64,000 bases of DNA from Eledone cirrhosa (lineage: Eukaryota): NCBI GenBank assembly GCA_964016885.1, contig OZ024742.1, positions 195,734,001 through 195,798,000 on the forward strand. Direction: 5' to 3'. Of this stretch, positions 14,392 to 33,025 are shown piece by piece. Each line of letters opens with the position of its first letter. Position 1 is the first letter of the stretch. A program made the position numbers and the translations under genes. A model generated the notes under the pieces. The model saw only the letters and a list, made by a program, of their open reading frames with translations. It did not search any database and was not told where the DNA came from.

Positions 14392-17300
14392 GCTTGTGGT
14401 GAGAAAGCTATTCCACTTACCGCGAGTCTGCTGGTTCACTCAAAACCGTGCATCAATCTTCGTGTTATAATCCATTCGCCAAGCTGCAGCTTCATCTGGT
14501 ACGTCCGTCTTTCTCCAAGTCACTGCGAGAGACGCAGTCTACAGACGCCGCCTCAGAAACGCATCTGACGTCACTACTCCTCCGCCTCCAGTCAAGCGTC
14601 CCCAGCTTCCGGTCACCTCCTCCACACAGCCCCCACCCCCCACCCCCACCCCCTGATCTCAAGGATCAATCTCCCTCTCACACTGCTGCATGTGATAATC
14701 TGCCGTCCACCCAGGCAGTCGGCGATCCCGTAGCAATCTCCGTAATGTTGGGGCGGCGCTTTCGATTTCCTCTTCCTCTTCCTCGGAGTCCGTCAACACA
14801 ACGATTCTACGGACATCCATGACGTGACGTGGCACTCCGTCCACAGACACGTTATTCTGGGAATTTACGGCCGTTACCGTTCCATTTCCCCATTGAGATG
14901 TGCAGCGTGCGTCAGGGGGCTTAACCCAGACTTCCTCGCCCACCTGTACGAATGCGTTCTCTCTCTACTGGCCGTTGTGGTACCGTGCACGGGTGCCGCC
15001 ACTCGTATTTGTATATCGCTCTGTGTGGCACCGATTCCTCAGCCTGTCCCACCCGAGGGGACATGTTGTACCAAAACACTACCTCCATTGGTGAGATGTG
15101 CCCCCGTTCTGCCATTGCTTTGATTGTGCGGTGGTGTCGCTCCACGATCCCATTTCCGCTCCGCCTGTATGCTGCTCTGAAGAAGCGGTCCACCTTCCAC
15201 CCATCAAGCATTTCCCTCAGCGCCTCCAAGCGGAACACTGCGCTATTATCCATCAGCAGTTCATCCACAGAGCCCCGCTCCAAGAACATCTCTCTCAACG
15301 TCCGTGTGATTTCCTCCGCAGTTCCCATCTTCATTTCCCTCCATATCGCCATCCGTCCCGGTCCACAATCAACCATCGAGAGGTATGTTCCCTGTCGGTA
15401 GTGTGTTACGTCCACCGCCAATCGCTTCCAGTCGCAATCCACCGGGAGACTTCCCGACTTGTGCACACCCGGGGCGGGATCGATAGACGCATCGGACGCA
15501 GCCTCTGACTACTCTCTGGACACTGTCTCTGCTAACGTCGGAATCGATTCTCCTGGCTAGGAACAGGGTCCTATCCACTCCCATGTGGTGCATGGCATGC
15601 AACCCTTTAAGGTCCGACTCGCTCAGCCGACACACAGCGACTATCTCCTCTTCTGCATCCTCCGGCGCTTCCATCCAGGCTTTCTTCACCCTGGTTAAAA
15701 CGTCTGCTCTATTTTTCTCTGAGGGCACGAAGACTACACTCAACTTCAGGCCGAACTCGGTGGCCAGCTCTCCTAGAGTTCCCAGGCGGCGCTTTATCAG
15801 CATTTCTGCCTCCCCTCCCGTTCGCACTCTCTTCTCACTGGTAAGCACTGACCTCACCCATCCGAGTACAGCCGCCGAGTCGGTGCGAATCTCGATGGTG
15901 CGCAGTCCTCACCTCAAGGCGAGGTGGTTCACCCCTTCTTCCTGAGCCAGGCTGCATCCTCGACCTCGACACCTCCTATTTCCAGTGTGACACCTAACGC
16001 TATGCTGCTGGCATCACACCATACGGTCCCGCTCTGGGATTCGGGGACATACCAGCGTCCTCGCACCTTCACCCTCCCCACGATCTCCTGCATCATGGCC
16101 ATCGTCCTCTCTCCCACCTTGTCACTCCAAGTCACCCCGTCCGCTCGTCTCTTGACATAGCTGCATGCCGTCCGGAGCCACCCAGCGATTGGATAGTGAC
16201 CCACTAATTTTCCACACACTGAGAAGAGTTCCCGTCTGTTTATATTTTCGCCCAGTTCCGGGACTTCATTTCCCCTCCGAAATACCAACGTGCCCGTCTT
16301 GTCTCTTCGCAGCCTAAGTCCTAGTGCGGCTCCTCCCTCCAACGCCTCTGACGGCTTCGCAGTCAATCCGTATCCTCGCAAATCGCTTGTGACCTCCGCC
16401 GCCGACACTATAGTCTCGTCCACTAAGATGTCGTCGATGTAGGAATTGGTGGCCCTCTTCATCTTGTCGGCCTTTCCCAGAACGGTCTTGGGGACCGCCG
16501 TCATGATCTTCAGTGCAGAGTTCAGTCCGAAATATGTCCGGCCCTTATACCTGACAAGCTGATACTGCCACAGCTTCTCCTCCACGTGTAACTGTAGATA
16601 TGCCGACTTTAAGTCGACGATCGTGGAAGCCCGCGTTATACGTCTCCACTCGCCCAGAGTTTCCCCGCAGACATCCGTGACCTCACCAACCGTGTGACAC
16701 GACACATGCTCGTTCAGCTCCCGAAAATCTAACACTGGTCTCACCTTGTTCTTCGTGGGTTGCACCACAGCCATTAACGGCAGCACCCCACACTTCATCT
16801 CCTCCTTCCAGGGAACCAGCATGCGCTCCTCGATCCATCTCTCTACCTCTCGCTCAAACTCTCTCCTAGTATCTCCTTTCAGTGTGTGCTGATAGGAGCC
16901 CATTTAGTTTTTCAGTGTTGGCGGTTCTCCCTTCCAGTACCACTCAACAATCCATAGTTGCCTGTCGAACACGGCCTTGAAGTCCTTATCTTGTACGGTG
17001 TGAGCGGCATATTTTTCCTCGTGGGCCTTCTCGCCCTCCTGACGCGTACTCACAGCGCATGCTGGTGCAGCGCCACCAAACCTTACTCCGACATCGGTCA
17101 CTATGACGCCTCCTAATCGGCCAATCGCATCCATGCCCATAACCACGTCAATTCCATCCAATACGCAGTCGACAACAATGGCTGAAAGCCTAATTCTCTT
17201 TCCCCTTACCACCATCTCCACCTCGCTGCGACCTCTACCTTCAATCTTCCTACCGTCGACTGCCCTTATGATACTCTTCCCTCTCCACTTTTCCACCACC

Positions 17301-18457
17301 CCCACAGTCACCAGTGTCGTTGTACAGGACTTTCATCACAGGCAGCGCCTCTACACTCGAGGGGTAGCTACCGGCGCAATAGCCCCCCTTGGACCGTTTC
17401 CCTGATCGCAATTGGTAGCGATGTGGCCCGGCCGCCCACACCGGTAGCAAATTATGTCTGGTTTCGACTCCTTGCAATCTCTCGCCATGTGCGCACCCTG
17501 GCACCTATAGCAACGACCCCTAAACGTGCGCGGGTAACTGTTCGCCGTGTTTGTCACCCTTTCGGCATTTCGCTGTCGGCTGCCCCGGGCCTCCATCGCC
17601 GCTATTGCCGCAACGCTCTTCTTAGCATCTTCCACTATGATGCGGGCTTGCTCTACCAATGTACGCATCTCCATTTCCTTGTAGCTAGGTATTTGCTGCA
17701 GTCTCACCGTGATGTCATCCGGAAATCCGTTTATAAATGCCAACCGCACCGCACACTCGCACTCGACCTGAAACCCCGCCAGCATGGTCAATCTCCTTAT
17801 CTCCGCAGCAAAAATATCCACACACTGACCTTCCCACCTTATCCTTGCCAGCTTGGCAAACGCCGTACACGGACCTTCCGCAAACGCTTCCATCATACGC
17901 CGCTCAATTTTTTGCGCGTCCCTCTGGCTGATTTAGTCCATCTCGAGGTACAATACTAGCGCATCCTCCTCGAGATATAGCGCCATGAGACCGGCCACAT
18001 CGTCTATCTTTTGTAGCTCGGCGACCACCTGAACCTTTCGCATCCAAGCGATAACGTTTCCTTCACCGGTGAAAGCTTTAAGTACTTCACCGCTCAACCG
18101 TAATCTCGTCGCCATGTCTTTAATCTTGCGGTAAGTAATTAGTCTTTGTTTTCAAGTAGCTTTGTCCCTTCTTTTTTTTTATTTCAATTGTACGTCTTCA
18201 TGTGCCGAAATAGCTTGTGGTGAGAAAGCTATTCCACTTACCGCAAGTCTGCTGGTTCACTCAAAACCGTGCATCAATCTTCGTGTTATAATTCATTCGC
18301 CAAGCTGCAGCTTCATCTGGTACGTCCGTCTTTCTCCAAGTCACCGCGAGAGACGCAGCCTACAGACGCCGCCGCGGAAACGCATCTGACGTCACTACTC
18401 CTCCGCCTCCGGTCAAGCGTCCCCAGCTTCCGGTCACCTCCTCCACACAGCCCCACA
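14392..18457 (-). mobile_element. Compact Gypsy-type LTR retrotransposon, degenerate ORFs
   Basis: ~245 bp LTRs (14392-14636, 18213-18457); gag with two CCHC knuckles, protease, RT (LDFRELN, YIDD), RNase H (CDAS), integrase (VDV..MDN..ERHHRTIK); G-rich PPT. Confidence 0.95.
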
Positions 18458-19150
<693 letters not shown>

Positions 19151-19295
19151 ATATATATATATATCAACGCTTACGTGGACCTCTCAAAATTCGTTGGATT
19201 TTCTGATTGGACTTTCACCTCGAAACTGGATACCAACCCGGAGTACACCTGAACTTCCACCAGGAAATCTTTCGTATCTTTGAAATTTTGTTTGC

Positions 19296-20194
<899 letters not shown>

Positions 20195-20223
20195 ATATAT
20201 ATATATATATATATATAAATGAA

Positions 20224-20256
<33 letters not shown>

Positions 20257-20424
20257 TAACAGATTAAAGTTTAAGCAAAGATTCGCAGTTTCACCCTTAA
20301 CGGGATCTTCTGAAACTATTTGCTCTACGGTTTTTATATATTTGATATATATTTATCCTTATCGAGCCCTCTTTGGATTTTAGTCTTCAAATTTATTATT
20401 ATTACTATATATATATATATAAAG

Positions 20425-20460
<36 letters not shown>

Positions 20461-20464
<4 letters not shown>

Positions 20465-21478
20465 TTGTCCTCATCAGTGGCCTTCCAACCGTCGTAGGCA
20501 TTTAGTCGCATTAAAGGCCATATACCTCAGGTTGGTGCGAGCAACGGCTAAAAAAGTCGTTGGGACACGTAAATAAGGGGGACGTTAGGGTAAACAAACA
20601 AAATGGTTTAAGCAACAGAAAGTGATGAAGAAGAAACAAGTCCCAGATTTCTATGAATATAAATTCGGTGGAATCGTGAACGAGAGAATAAAGACCATCA
20701 AACCTGGTTGAAATGTGAGCAAGGAAGGAATTTCGCACAGGTCTAACGGGAGGAAGAAGGGGTCTGGTCTGCGAATTCGGTAAACATGAGTTCTGTGAAG
20801 TCGCAGACGAGAGAGAGAGAGAAAAAATTCATACCGGCTTGGCCAAGTGCCCGCGAGAAAAGGATTACGGACAGGTCAAACGGGAAGAAAGGGGAGGAGG
20901 AGAGGTAGTGACAGAGAGTGAGTGAGTGAAAGGTGAGGAAGAGGCTAACAGAGAGAGAGACTGCTAGAAGGGGTAAAGACACAAAGAACGAAACAGACTG
21001 GTGGCAGCGGAGGAAAAAATATATGTGTAAATATGATAATAATGGAGCTGCGGCGCTGCAAATGGGTTTTTCTCTCTCTCTCGTCTGCGACTTCACAGAA
21101 CTCATGTTTACCGAATTCGCAGACCAGACCCCTTCTTCCTCCCGTTAGACCTGTGCGAAATTCCTTCCTTGCTCACATTTCAACCAGGTTTGATGGTCTT
21201 TATTCTCTCGTTCACGATTCCACCGAATTTATATTCATAGAAATCTGGGACTTGTTTCTTCTTCATCACTTTCTGTTGCTTAAACCATTTTGTTTGTTTA
21301 CCCTAGCGTCCCCCTTATTTACGTGTCCCAACGACTTTTTTTAGCCGTTGCTCGCACCAACCTAAGGTATATGGCCTTTAATGCGACGAAATGCCTACGA
21401 CGGTTGGAAGGCCACTGATGAGGACAAACTTTTTCCTATGTAACCCATTTGCAGCGGCGCAGCTCCATTATTATCATA
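20461..21478. mobile_element. Head-to-head copies of a sister subfamily of the 635 bp element
   Basis: 20461-~21064 minus arm; ~21066-21478 plus arm, which runs past the unit junction into the next unit. Confidence 0.78.
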
Positions 21479-21702
21479 TATATATATATATATATATATA
21501 CTGAACATATATATATAATTGAATAAACAAGAGAGATGAACACTAATATAAACATACAAGCAAACCTAGCAAATCTAGTCCTTACGATTCGGACACATGT
21601 ATGTTTATATTAGTGTTCAACTCTCTTGTATATTACACGGCTCGGAAAAGTTTTTTCTTAGAGCTATTTAATTGTAAGAGACTACTTTGAGTTTCTAACT
21701 CA

Positions 21703-21780
<78 letters not shown>

Positions 21781-22409
21781 GTGTGTGTGTGTTCAGTAGA
21801 GATTGTTTTGGTAAAAACAGGAGCAAGTTCTCTACTTTTGTAGAATGAATGTCATTTGTTGTTGTTATGAGAACGGTATCTTCAGATGAAAAATCCGATT
21901 TTGTGATATGCCGCAGGCAAAAAACACACTGTTCGTGCGCCCGGTAGATATATAAGTTGCTAAAGGGTCTATTATTTGGGTCTCCGCCGAACAACCCAAT
22001 TGCAGAGAACCTGGAGAGTTATGGTTTTCTCGGAACCATGCCACAAAAACAGCGAAAAAAATGAATCTATTCCCGCCTATACACTCATCAAGCCACATAT
22101 TGGATTCCTGAATAGTATCCTCAAGGAGGAGATAATCAGGGAAAAGAATATCCGTAAAAAATGGTCCATATATCCCACAGAATGTTGCCTCGAGTGAGAA
22201 AGCCGGCAATGCTGTGGACAATGTTAGGCAAGGAAAGGCTGCAGAATTGCTCCTCCCAGATCCCTGCAAGCTGACTAGGCTGCATCAGATACTGAACTAA
22301 AGTCATGTGCACCACCTCCCAAGACCACTACAAACAAAATAACCAGGGTGACTATCACTGACAACCACTCACATCAGCGGCCACTGCTGTCACCACAAAT
22401 GCCACACCA

Positions 22410-24430
22410 GTGCTACTGTTAAATGTCAGACGCCTCGTAAAACTTACCAACATGAGTAAAATCTCTTATCATAAGTACCTAGCCAAAAGCAACCAAGTGA
22501 TATGCATGGCCCTAACTGAAGCCCACCAAACAGCTAACATAGCTGATGTGGAAATATACATACCGAACTCGAGCTATGTTATATTTCTTACTAACAGGAG
22601 AGAAAGAACTCATGGCGAAGTTGCATTGTACATCCATGAATATGCCAGGCCCTTAATCCTGTTGCTACACCCCAACTATGTCTGTGGCGCACTAATAGTG
22701 CACATAAAGCAACTCAAATAGTAATATGTACCACATATCGGCCATCAGACACCCCTATTCCTTAGGACAAATTCGAAGGACAGACTCCAAAAGATAGACG
22801 AAGTGCCAACCAAACTAGACCAGTCTAGGCATTTTTCTGGGAAATTTCAACCTCCTCAAAGTCAAAAGGCCAGATGGCTCCTGGAATTACAGCACCTGAA
22901 CGAAGGTAGATAGAATACCTGCTTAACCTTACAATCAGGCTGTTTATCGAACAGATGATACTACGTCCAACAAAAAGCAATGATAACTTAGATCTGTGCT
23001 TCACAAATAACACGGAGCTCATCCACAATTTAAAGTTGTCACCGATGATTTTCTCAGACCATAACATAGTAGAACTAACAACATATGGTCTGAAGACGAC
23101 TATAGCCAACACGAAGAACTCAGATTCTATCCAACCTAAACTTTCACAAACAAACAGGAAAAGGATTCAGAAAGAAATCCTGAAATAAAACTGATCTTAT
23201 AGTCTCTCTATGCAGGCCATTGATATGAAATTTAAGCATTTAATGACAACAATACAAACTATATGTTTTAAATTTGCTCAAGAAAAAAAAGGATAACAGA
23301 CACAAAATATTATTCGCAGTGACAGAAAAATCGTTATAAGACGAACAACGAGGGCCTCAAATCGTTTACATATACAATTAAAAAACAGTAAAGAATCCCA
23401 ATTTGAAGCGGGATAAACTCAAACACTCCGATGGAAATGAAAGGGCAGAAAGTGAAGCCAGGGCTGTAAATAATATTTTTTAAAAAAACAAAGCCTAAAA
23501 ACGTCTTTAAATTTGCAAAAGAGTTTGCTGCAGTACACTACAAGATAGGGCCACTTTTCCATGAAAATAGCTCACTGACTGCAGACACCCAATGACACCT
23601 ATGGGGCACATGGGAATAAATAAGCCAGATGAGTTCTCTAACATCGTAGCTCTACACATAGAAATGGCAACCATCAATTACATAGATATAAAGGAGGAAG
23701 ATGTAAAATCAGCCATGGATGAAATGAGATCAAATCCATCTACCGTCATTGGTGGGTTCTCAGCAACCCTCATAAAACAGGCAAACTGACCTAAGCAAAG
23801 TCACTGCAGATTCTCTTCTAAAGTTCCCTCACAAGTGAGAAACTACACGGAAAGATAAACGAAGGCATAATATGTCTTCTCCGTAGGGCAGATGCTAAAA
23901 ACTACAGGCCTATGTCTCTGACCTCACAAATCAGCAAAGTCATGGAACGAGTCATCAGAAGGAAATTGATCTCATTCCTAGAGTTTTCACATGGAAAGAT
24001 ATGTCACAAACTACGTAGTCTCGGCATAGTTGGAAAACTAGGAGAATGGCTGCATGAGTTCTTACAATATAAAAGCCAGACTATCGGAGCCAATGAAAAG
24101 GAAATATTAATAACAAGTAGTATACCCCAGGAAACTGTCTTGCGACCATTTCTTTTTGTGGTGTCTCTTTCCTACATACCCTCAGTACAGGGAGCCACTC
24201 TCACTAGTTACACGGATGACATGAAAGTAGCACAAGCAATCATAAACCCCATTGTTGCTACTCTCTTACAACAAGATTCAGATGTCACATACACATGCAC
24301 AGAGGACAACAATATACAGTTTAATGCTTGACATTTTTAAGCTCTCCACTATCAACCAGCTAACATAAGTCCACTATACAAAAGCTACTCTTGACCAGGA
24401 GGGATTGAAATTCCTGATTGTAAATCAGTG
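22410..24430 (+). mobile_element. Old degenerate LINE ORF2 (CR1/L2/jockey group), AP endonuclease + RT
   Basis: LLNVR, LTE, LDLCFTNN, SDHNIV; NYRPMSLTS..SKVMER, IPQETVL, YTDDMK; many stops. Confidence 0.82.
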
Positions 24431-24558
24431 TGGAAACTGAGAGATTTACACGGGGATTATGTAGAGATATTCAACAAGGATAACATCATTCTGCTATCTA
24501 AGATCGCAGCTGACACAACAGCCGGTCTACTGAGACGGGTCAAAGAGTATAAGAGTAA

Positions 24559-24625
<67 letters not shown>

Positions 24626-24724
24626 ACTGGATGGCGATGGTCATCAAAACGACATAATGTAATGAAGGTGTTTGCTTACAAACGAATCGAATATTATCAT
24701 TATTCGATATAAAACTCACGAATG

Positions 24725-24775
<51 letters not shown>

Positions 24776-25197
24776 TAAACGTGGTGTCGTTTAAGGTAAT
24801 CCAAGTAGAGATTATGAGTTTCCTGTACCCTGGATGACTCTAACGTTCGGCGTTGTTTGACTCGACAAGATGTTTACTTAGTTGAGGTGTTCGGGTGGCC
24901 GATGCCAGACAGTTCCGAAGGAAGCAGTTTCTGGAGTATTAATAATAAGAAGTGCAGAATAACAAGGATCAGTTATACAGTAGGATTTATTCCAAGTATT
25001 AACAAATGTTTCATTGCTCCAGTGTGTCTAAAAATCGCTACCTTTAATGCTGCTTTCGTAGTAACTGTACTTAAAATCGATTGTCAAAGCACCATTACAG
25101 ATAGCGATTTTTAGACACACCAGAGCAATGGAACATTTGTTAATACTTGGAATAAACCCTATTGTATAGCTGATCCGTGTTATTGTTCACTCATGTG

Positions 25198-25232
<35 letters not shown>

Positions 25233-25245
25233 AAGTATATATACG

Positions 25246-25372
<127 letters not shown>

Positions 25373-25897
25373 ATGTGTATATATATACGTTATATATATA
25401 TATATATATATTAATTAAAAGATTATTTGTCTCTAATACTTAGACATCTCAATAAATGGATATATATTCAGATAAAATATCGCTCGGAGAAGTAATATAG
25501 CATATTAAGCTTATGCCAAAATTCAGTTTCAGGGGAGAGTTCTTTGGAACAAGAGGAGACATTGATCACGGATTATACAGACCATTTCGCTGCCGAAACC
25601 AATCCTTCATTGTAGAGTAGATTTAGACGGTTTTTTGCTGCTATTTCTAGCGTCATTATAAGCCTGTCGTATTGACCTAATATATATAGAGATTTGTTCA
25701 TTTAATAGTTCAACAACGCAACGTTTTGGACACCATGCGGTTTCGGCAACGAAATGGTCTCTTTTTTATCAATATCTGTTCTTGTTCCAAAGAACACTCA
25801 CCTGAAATTGAGATTTGGGCATAAGTTTAATGTGTGTGTGTGTGTGTGCGTATGTGTGTGTGTGTTTGTGTGTGTGTGTATGTGTGTGTGTGTGTGC

Positions 25898-25929
<32 letters not shown>

Positions 25930-25934
25930 GTGTG

Positions 25935-26002
<68 letters not shown>

Positions 26003-26429
26003 TGTAAAAGTGTGTGTGTGTGTGTGTGCGCGTGCGTGTGTGTGTGTGTGTGTGTTCGCGTGTGTGTGTGTGTATGTGCGTGTAAAAGTATGTGTGTGTG
26101 TTTGTGTGTGTTTGAGTTACTGATGTGAAAACTAGAATTTCAAACCACAAATTCTTTAATATTTATTTTCGTCAGAATATCCTCAAATACCATAAAATAA
26201 ACAATTCTATCAAATTCCACACAAAATACACCCAGAAATCTAGTCTGTATTTGTTGTTGTTCTTTTTTTTATATTCTTTTTGTTTCATTAATTCCTTCTT
26301 TATTCCCATTGCCTTCTTTTTTGTTGTTGTCTCCTTTTTACTAATCTATTTGTCAGGTTTTGTTCAAAGGTGGGTATTTTTATATATTTATTTTTTGACT
26401 AAAAATTTCAATTTCTATCTAAGTAATAT

Positions 26430-27686
<1,257 letters not shown>

Positions 27687-27737
27687 AGGTATATACCTAT
27701 ATATATATGTATATATATATATATATAGGTATATACC

Positions 27738-27794
<57 letters not shown>

Positions 27795-27799
27795 ATATA

Positions 27800-27865
<66 letters not shown>

Positions 27866-27875
27866 CAGGTATATA

Positions 27876-27948
<73 letters not shown>

Positions 27949-27960
27949 TGTGTGTGTGTG

Positions 27961-28224
27961 TAGGAAGTGAGTTTTATTGTAGTACAATAAAGCAATGCAG
28001 ATATCGGATAAGTAGCACTCTACAGTTTGTAGGACTGGAGTATAAATAATATAAGATCAAAAGATGGTTGATTTAAAACTTCACTATTCACAAGTGTTTT
28101 TTAACCTTCATATCATGTATCCCTATTTTATCTGACGAAAACGCAAATGTCATCTCATGATGATATTTGTTTTTGAAATGCGCATAATAAAATACATGGA
28201 ACTCTTTTAACCATCTTTTGATCT

Positions 28225-28230
<6 letters not shown>
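27961..28230. mobile_element. Solo inverted pLTR fragments of the 1701-5410 PLE family, HHR at 28126-28192(+)
   Basis: 27961-28050 is the reverse complement of 1730-1818; 28067-28230 is similar to 5247-5410. Confidence 0.85.
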
Positions 28231-28284
<54 letters not shown>

Positions 28285-28728
28285 ACGCATATATAAATAT
28301 ATACGCGCGTGTGTGTGTGTGTGTCTGTGTCTCTGTGTGTGTATGTGTTGATATTTCGGCTGTTCCGTTTCATCACCAGTTTCCTCACCACGGTGTAATA
28401 TAATAATATAAACAGTAAAATTTCAATACAACTTTCAGTTGTTTCGCTGATGAAGCATCAAATGTTCTTTATATTATTTTATAAACGTCTGACGGGAGAA
28501 AATATATTGTGTATTTATTTCAATATGGCGCTTCAATTTTTTTTTCAAGTGTCACTTCGTGTTGGCTTTACTTATGTATATAGCATTATATTAATGCTAT
28601 ATACATGGGTATTGTTTTCTTCGTTTCTTCGTTATTTTATTTCATTGGGCTTTCTTCTAATCATTTCGCACAAATGAATTGTTTTCCTTATAATTGTGAG
28701 GTGTAGGCATATATGTATATATGTGTGT

Positions 28729-28764
<36 letters not shown>

Positions 28765-28910
28765 ATTTATGTGCATATATGTGTGTATGTGGGGAGAGGA
28801 GGGGATTGGCAGAGAAAAACAAGATACATAGGTAGGTAGACAGACAGACAGACATACATACAGACAGACAGATAGACAGACAACAGACAGACATAGTTAG
28901 ACATACAGTG

Positions 28911-28990
<80 letters not shown>

Positions 28991-29074
28991 GGGGGAGTTA
29001 GGAAGAGATTGAAAGAGTGTTGGTCGACGCGGTGCGGTGATGTATAATTTTATTTTCTAAAAGAAGCACTTGAT

Positions 29075-29218
29075 TCACTTGATATATTTCTTGAAATAAA
29101 AGGCAGCCCCTAATGCGGCAGCTCCCACCAACGAAACAAACGTGGCTCCAAGAAATCCGGGTACCGACGGTAGATGGCGCTCAAAGAAGCTGTCGTCGAA
29201 AGGACGGGGGACGACCTC
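29075..29218 (-). CDS. MAO: MAO last coding exon with C-terminal membrane anchor (EVVPRPFDDSFFERHLPSVPGFLGATFVSLVGAAALGAAFYFKKYIK*)
   Basis: 144 nt, cag acceptor, TGA at 29075-29077; ERHLPSVPG motif followed by a hydrophobic helix and basic tail. Confidence 0.95.
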   Translation of the reverse strand, partial: EVVPRPFDDSFFERHLPSVPGFLGATFVSLVGAAALGAAFYFKKYIK

Positions 29219-29385
29219 CTGCAAAACGAAATAAAATTATATCATAAATTTCAGATATTATACCGATCGAAATACTACACACATACGCACGCACGCACAC
29301 ACGCACGCACACACCCACACATATACGTATACATATATGGCTGACTGAACACATTATATATATATAGAGAGAGAGAGAGGGGGGG

Positions 29386-29430
<45 letters not shown>

Positions 29431-29460
29431 GTATATTAAGCGTTGCTTAACGGTCGAATT

Positions 29461-29700
29461 TATACTTTGGGAGGGATTTGCTGCCAATAAAAACACCCTT
29501 ACCAGTTGAGTTTTACTTTGGTTTTATTATTAGTTTCGGTAACTAATCCATTCTTCAATTAATTTATTTACAGGTCGGATATTTAATTGGTATATTTAAT
29601 TGTCAAAGCACTTTCGTCACACATTCTGTGACCTTCTCAATGACTATCTTTCTCCTCTGTATCGCCTCTACGTTTTGATTTTGTTTATTCACTCCATCAT
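29461..29700 (-). mobile_element. Diverged pLTR of the 61703 PLE family with decayed HHR (29601-29644)
   Basis: ATACTTTGGGAGGG...TTTCGTCACACATTCTGTGACC shared with 10660-10834. Confidence 0.7.
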
Positions 29701-30243
29701 TTTTACTATTTAGTAAAGGAAGAGAGGGGCTCGAGGACTGGTGTGAGGGAAAGAAGAGAAAGGTGTCCTCAAATTAGAAACCCGGCGTGAATGCACGCAA
29801 CACTGTCGACTTCGCCAAAGGCGGCTCCTAAGGACTAGATGGGTTGTGTTAAACCAAGCAATGTATTAAGTCCACTACACAAATATGTGTGTGTATGTGT
29901 GTGGACGTTGTCTATGTATGTGTGCGTATGTGTGTGTATGTGTGTGTGTTTGTATGCATGTGTGTGCGTATGTATGTGTGTATGTGTGTGTATGTGTGTA
30001 TGTGTGCATCTATGTGTGTGCGTACGTGTGTGTGTGTGTGTATGTGTGCATGTATCTATATGTGTATGTGTATATCTATGATTGTGTACGCATGAGTGTG
30101 TATGTGTGTGCATGTATGTGTGCATGTATGTATGTGTGTGTGTGCGTATATGTGTGTATGTGTGTGTATATGTGTGTGTATGTATATGTGTGTATATGTG
30201 CATGTTTGTATGTAAATAGAAGAATGAAAGCAACTACACACAC

Positions 30244-30306
30244 CTCATCTTGAGGTTCATCCTGCCAAATTTCATCTTTCCTGATTCTTCCAAAATCGAA
30301 GAGGAC
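30244..30306 (-). CDS. MAO: MAO exon (VLFDFGRIRKDEIWQDEPQDE)
   Basis: 63 nt, cag/gtgtg, phase 0; resembles MAO-B GKIPEDEIWQSEP. Confidence 0.92.
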
Positions 30307-30341
30307 CTGTAAAGAGACACCAAAAACCTTTAATAAGCGTG

Positions 30342-30404
<63 letters not shown>

Positions 30405-30676
30405 GGTTACAGATTGTTGTTATAGGTAGTTCACTTAAGTGTAGTCCAGTTATGGTACTCCGGGTAGTGGATGATATCAACGCTTGGCTAAGTTTCACTC
30501 AACAAGACGTTTCCATAGTGATGCTGCGAGTACGCTGTAATTCCTATGTTGTAAACACTTGGAGTAATAATAAATCAGGAAAGAAGAGTGACACGGTTTG
30601 CTATACAAAAAAGGTTTTAATCTCATTGCTGACAATTGTTTCTCTGAACTGGTAGGTCTAGAGATCGCTACCCGCT

Positions 30677-30805
<129 letters not shown>

Positions 30806-31047
30806 GAAAACGAAAAATCAGTGATGCATCTGAACACAATTTATTGTGTGTTACAATTGTTTCCCCGGCGGACAGCTCGAGACGCGATCATTGTGTGGAT
30901 CTGTCTGATTCTGGACCCGCAGGTTCGACGGACACGTCTAATGATTTTGGAGCATATTCTCTCCGTCGAACCTGCTCTGTAAGAGCATAGAGTGCTCAAC
31001 CGGTATACCACCTATGGAACCATCTTAGCTACCACCAGACACACACA

Positions 31048-31235
<188 letters not shown>

Positions 31236-31467
31236 AAGAATAGAATTAGAATTTAGCTTCGAGCATAGCTATATACAGATATGTAATGGAATTTCGTATT
31301 TCTAATGAAATACGGTATATTTATAAATATGTTTATACGGTATGTTTTCAAAGTCAGATCTTCATATTAGCAGATAGGCCAGTCTGTTTTATGTATACGA
31401 TTAACGACTGGCTTTGCCATAGTCAAATAACTAACATATAGTTTTATCGCTCTACATGGCTTAATAC

Positions 31468-31980
<513 letters not shown>

Positions 31981-32008
31981 GTATAAATATTATTATTATT
32001 ATTATTAT

Positions 32009-32080
<72 letters not shown>

Positions 32081-32371
32081 GTGGATGGAAATTGTTTGGA
32101 AGCGAGGCAGATGGACTGTACCTATAATTCAAAGGGCCGGCCTTGTCACACACTGTGACTCTCTGAATCGTCTTGCAGGAATAGTACAAGTGTCTGTAGA
32201 CATTTCCACGTCTATTTTACGAAGGTCGTGCAACTAGAATACACACTTCGTCGAAACTGACGAATATCCATTCCTCTTTACTGAATTACAAGCCGTATGG
32301 ATACCAATACATCAGATTTCTATCTTTTTTCCAGAGTCACAAAAATAATATGAAAGAAAATTCCTTCTTAC

Positions 32372-32483
32372 CTCCCTTGCAGCTCGCTCTCCAGCTTGTA
32401 TTGCTCCTTCCATATAACCTGCCCATTCTGTAGCAGTTTCAGTTCCAGCGAAGTATATCTTGCCAATAGGTTCTCGCAGGACC
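32372..32483 (-). CDS. MAO: MAO exon ([37 protein letters not shown])
   Basis: 112 nt, cag/gtaag; near-identical to the MAO [19 protein letters not shown] motif. Confidence 0.97.
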
Positions 32484-32575
32484 CTGTATAATAGAAACAA
32501 TAAAACATTCTTAAAATTGCACTCACGCTGTGCTTCCCACAAATATATGATTTTTTTTACATACATGTATGTGTA

Positions 32576-32669
<94 letters not shown>

Positions 32670-32983
32670 TTATTTTTCTGTAATATACAGAGCATCTCAA
32701 TGAATCAATGAAGAGATGGCCAAAATATATCTAATTTATAATAATAGTAAGGTAGATTTTTGAAATCCCTCATATGACTGCTGGCCGATGAGAATTCTCT
32801 TGTCTGGAGTTTGCTGGAGTTTATGGATTTGTTATTAATCGATGACCAGCCGGTTCTCTACGGAATTTGAAACAGGACTGTACCGGCTTACACGTGGATA
32901 TCGTCGATCTAAACCATTATCATTATATAAGAAGTACCAGTAATGTACTGGGTAATTGCTGGCCTTGTGCAAAAACTAGAAAC

Positions 32984-33025
<42 letters not shown>

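Noticed and set aside
21865-22269. 134 aa ORF as a further host exon
   Set aside because: MAO stops at 29075; part of this region is a dispersed repeat shared with ~8120-8240, and no known motifs are seen
28440-28495. CTGATGA followed by a short hairpin
   Set aside because: No GAAA or closing stems; not called an HHR
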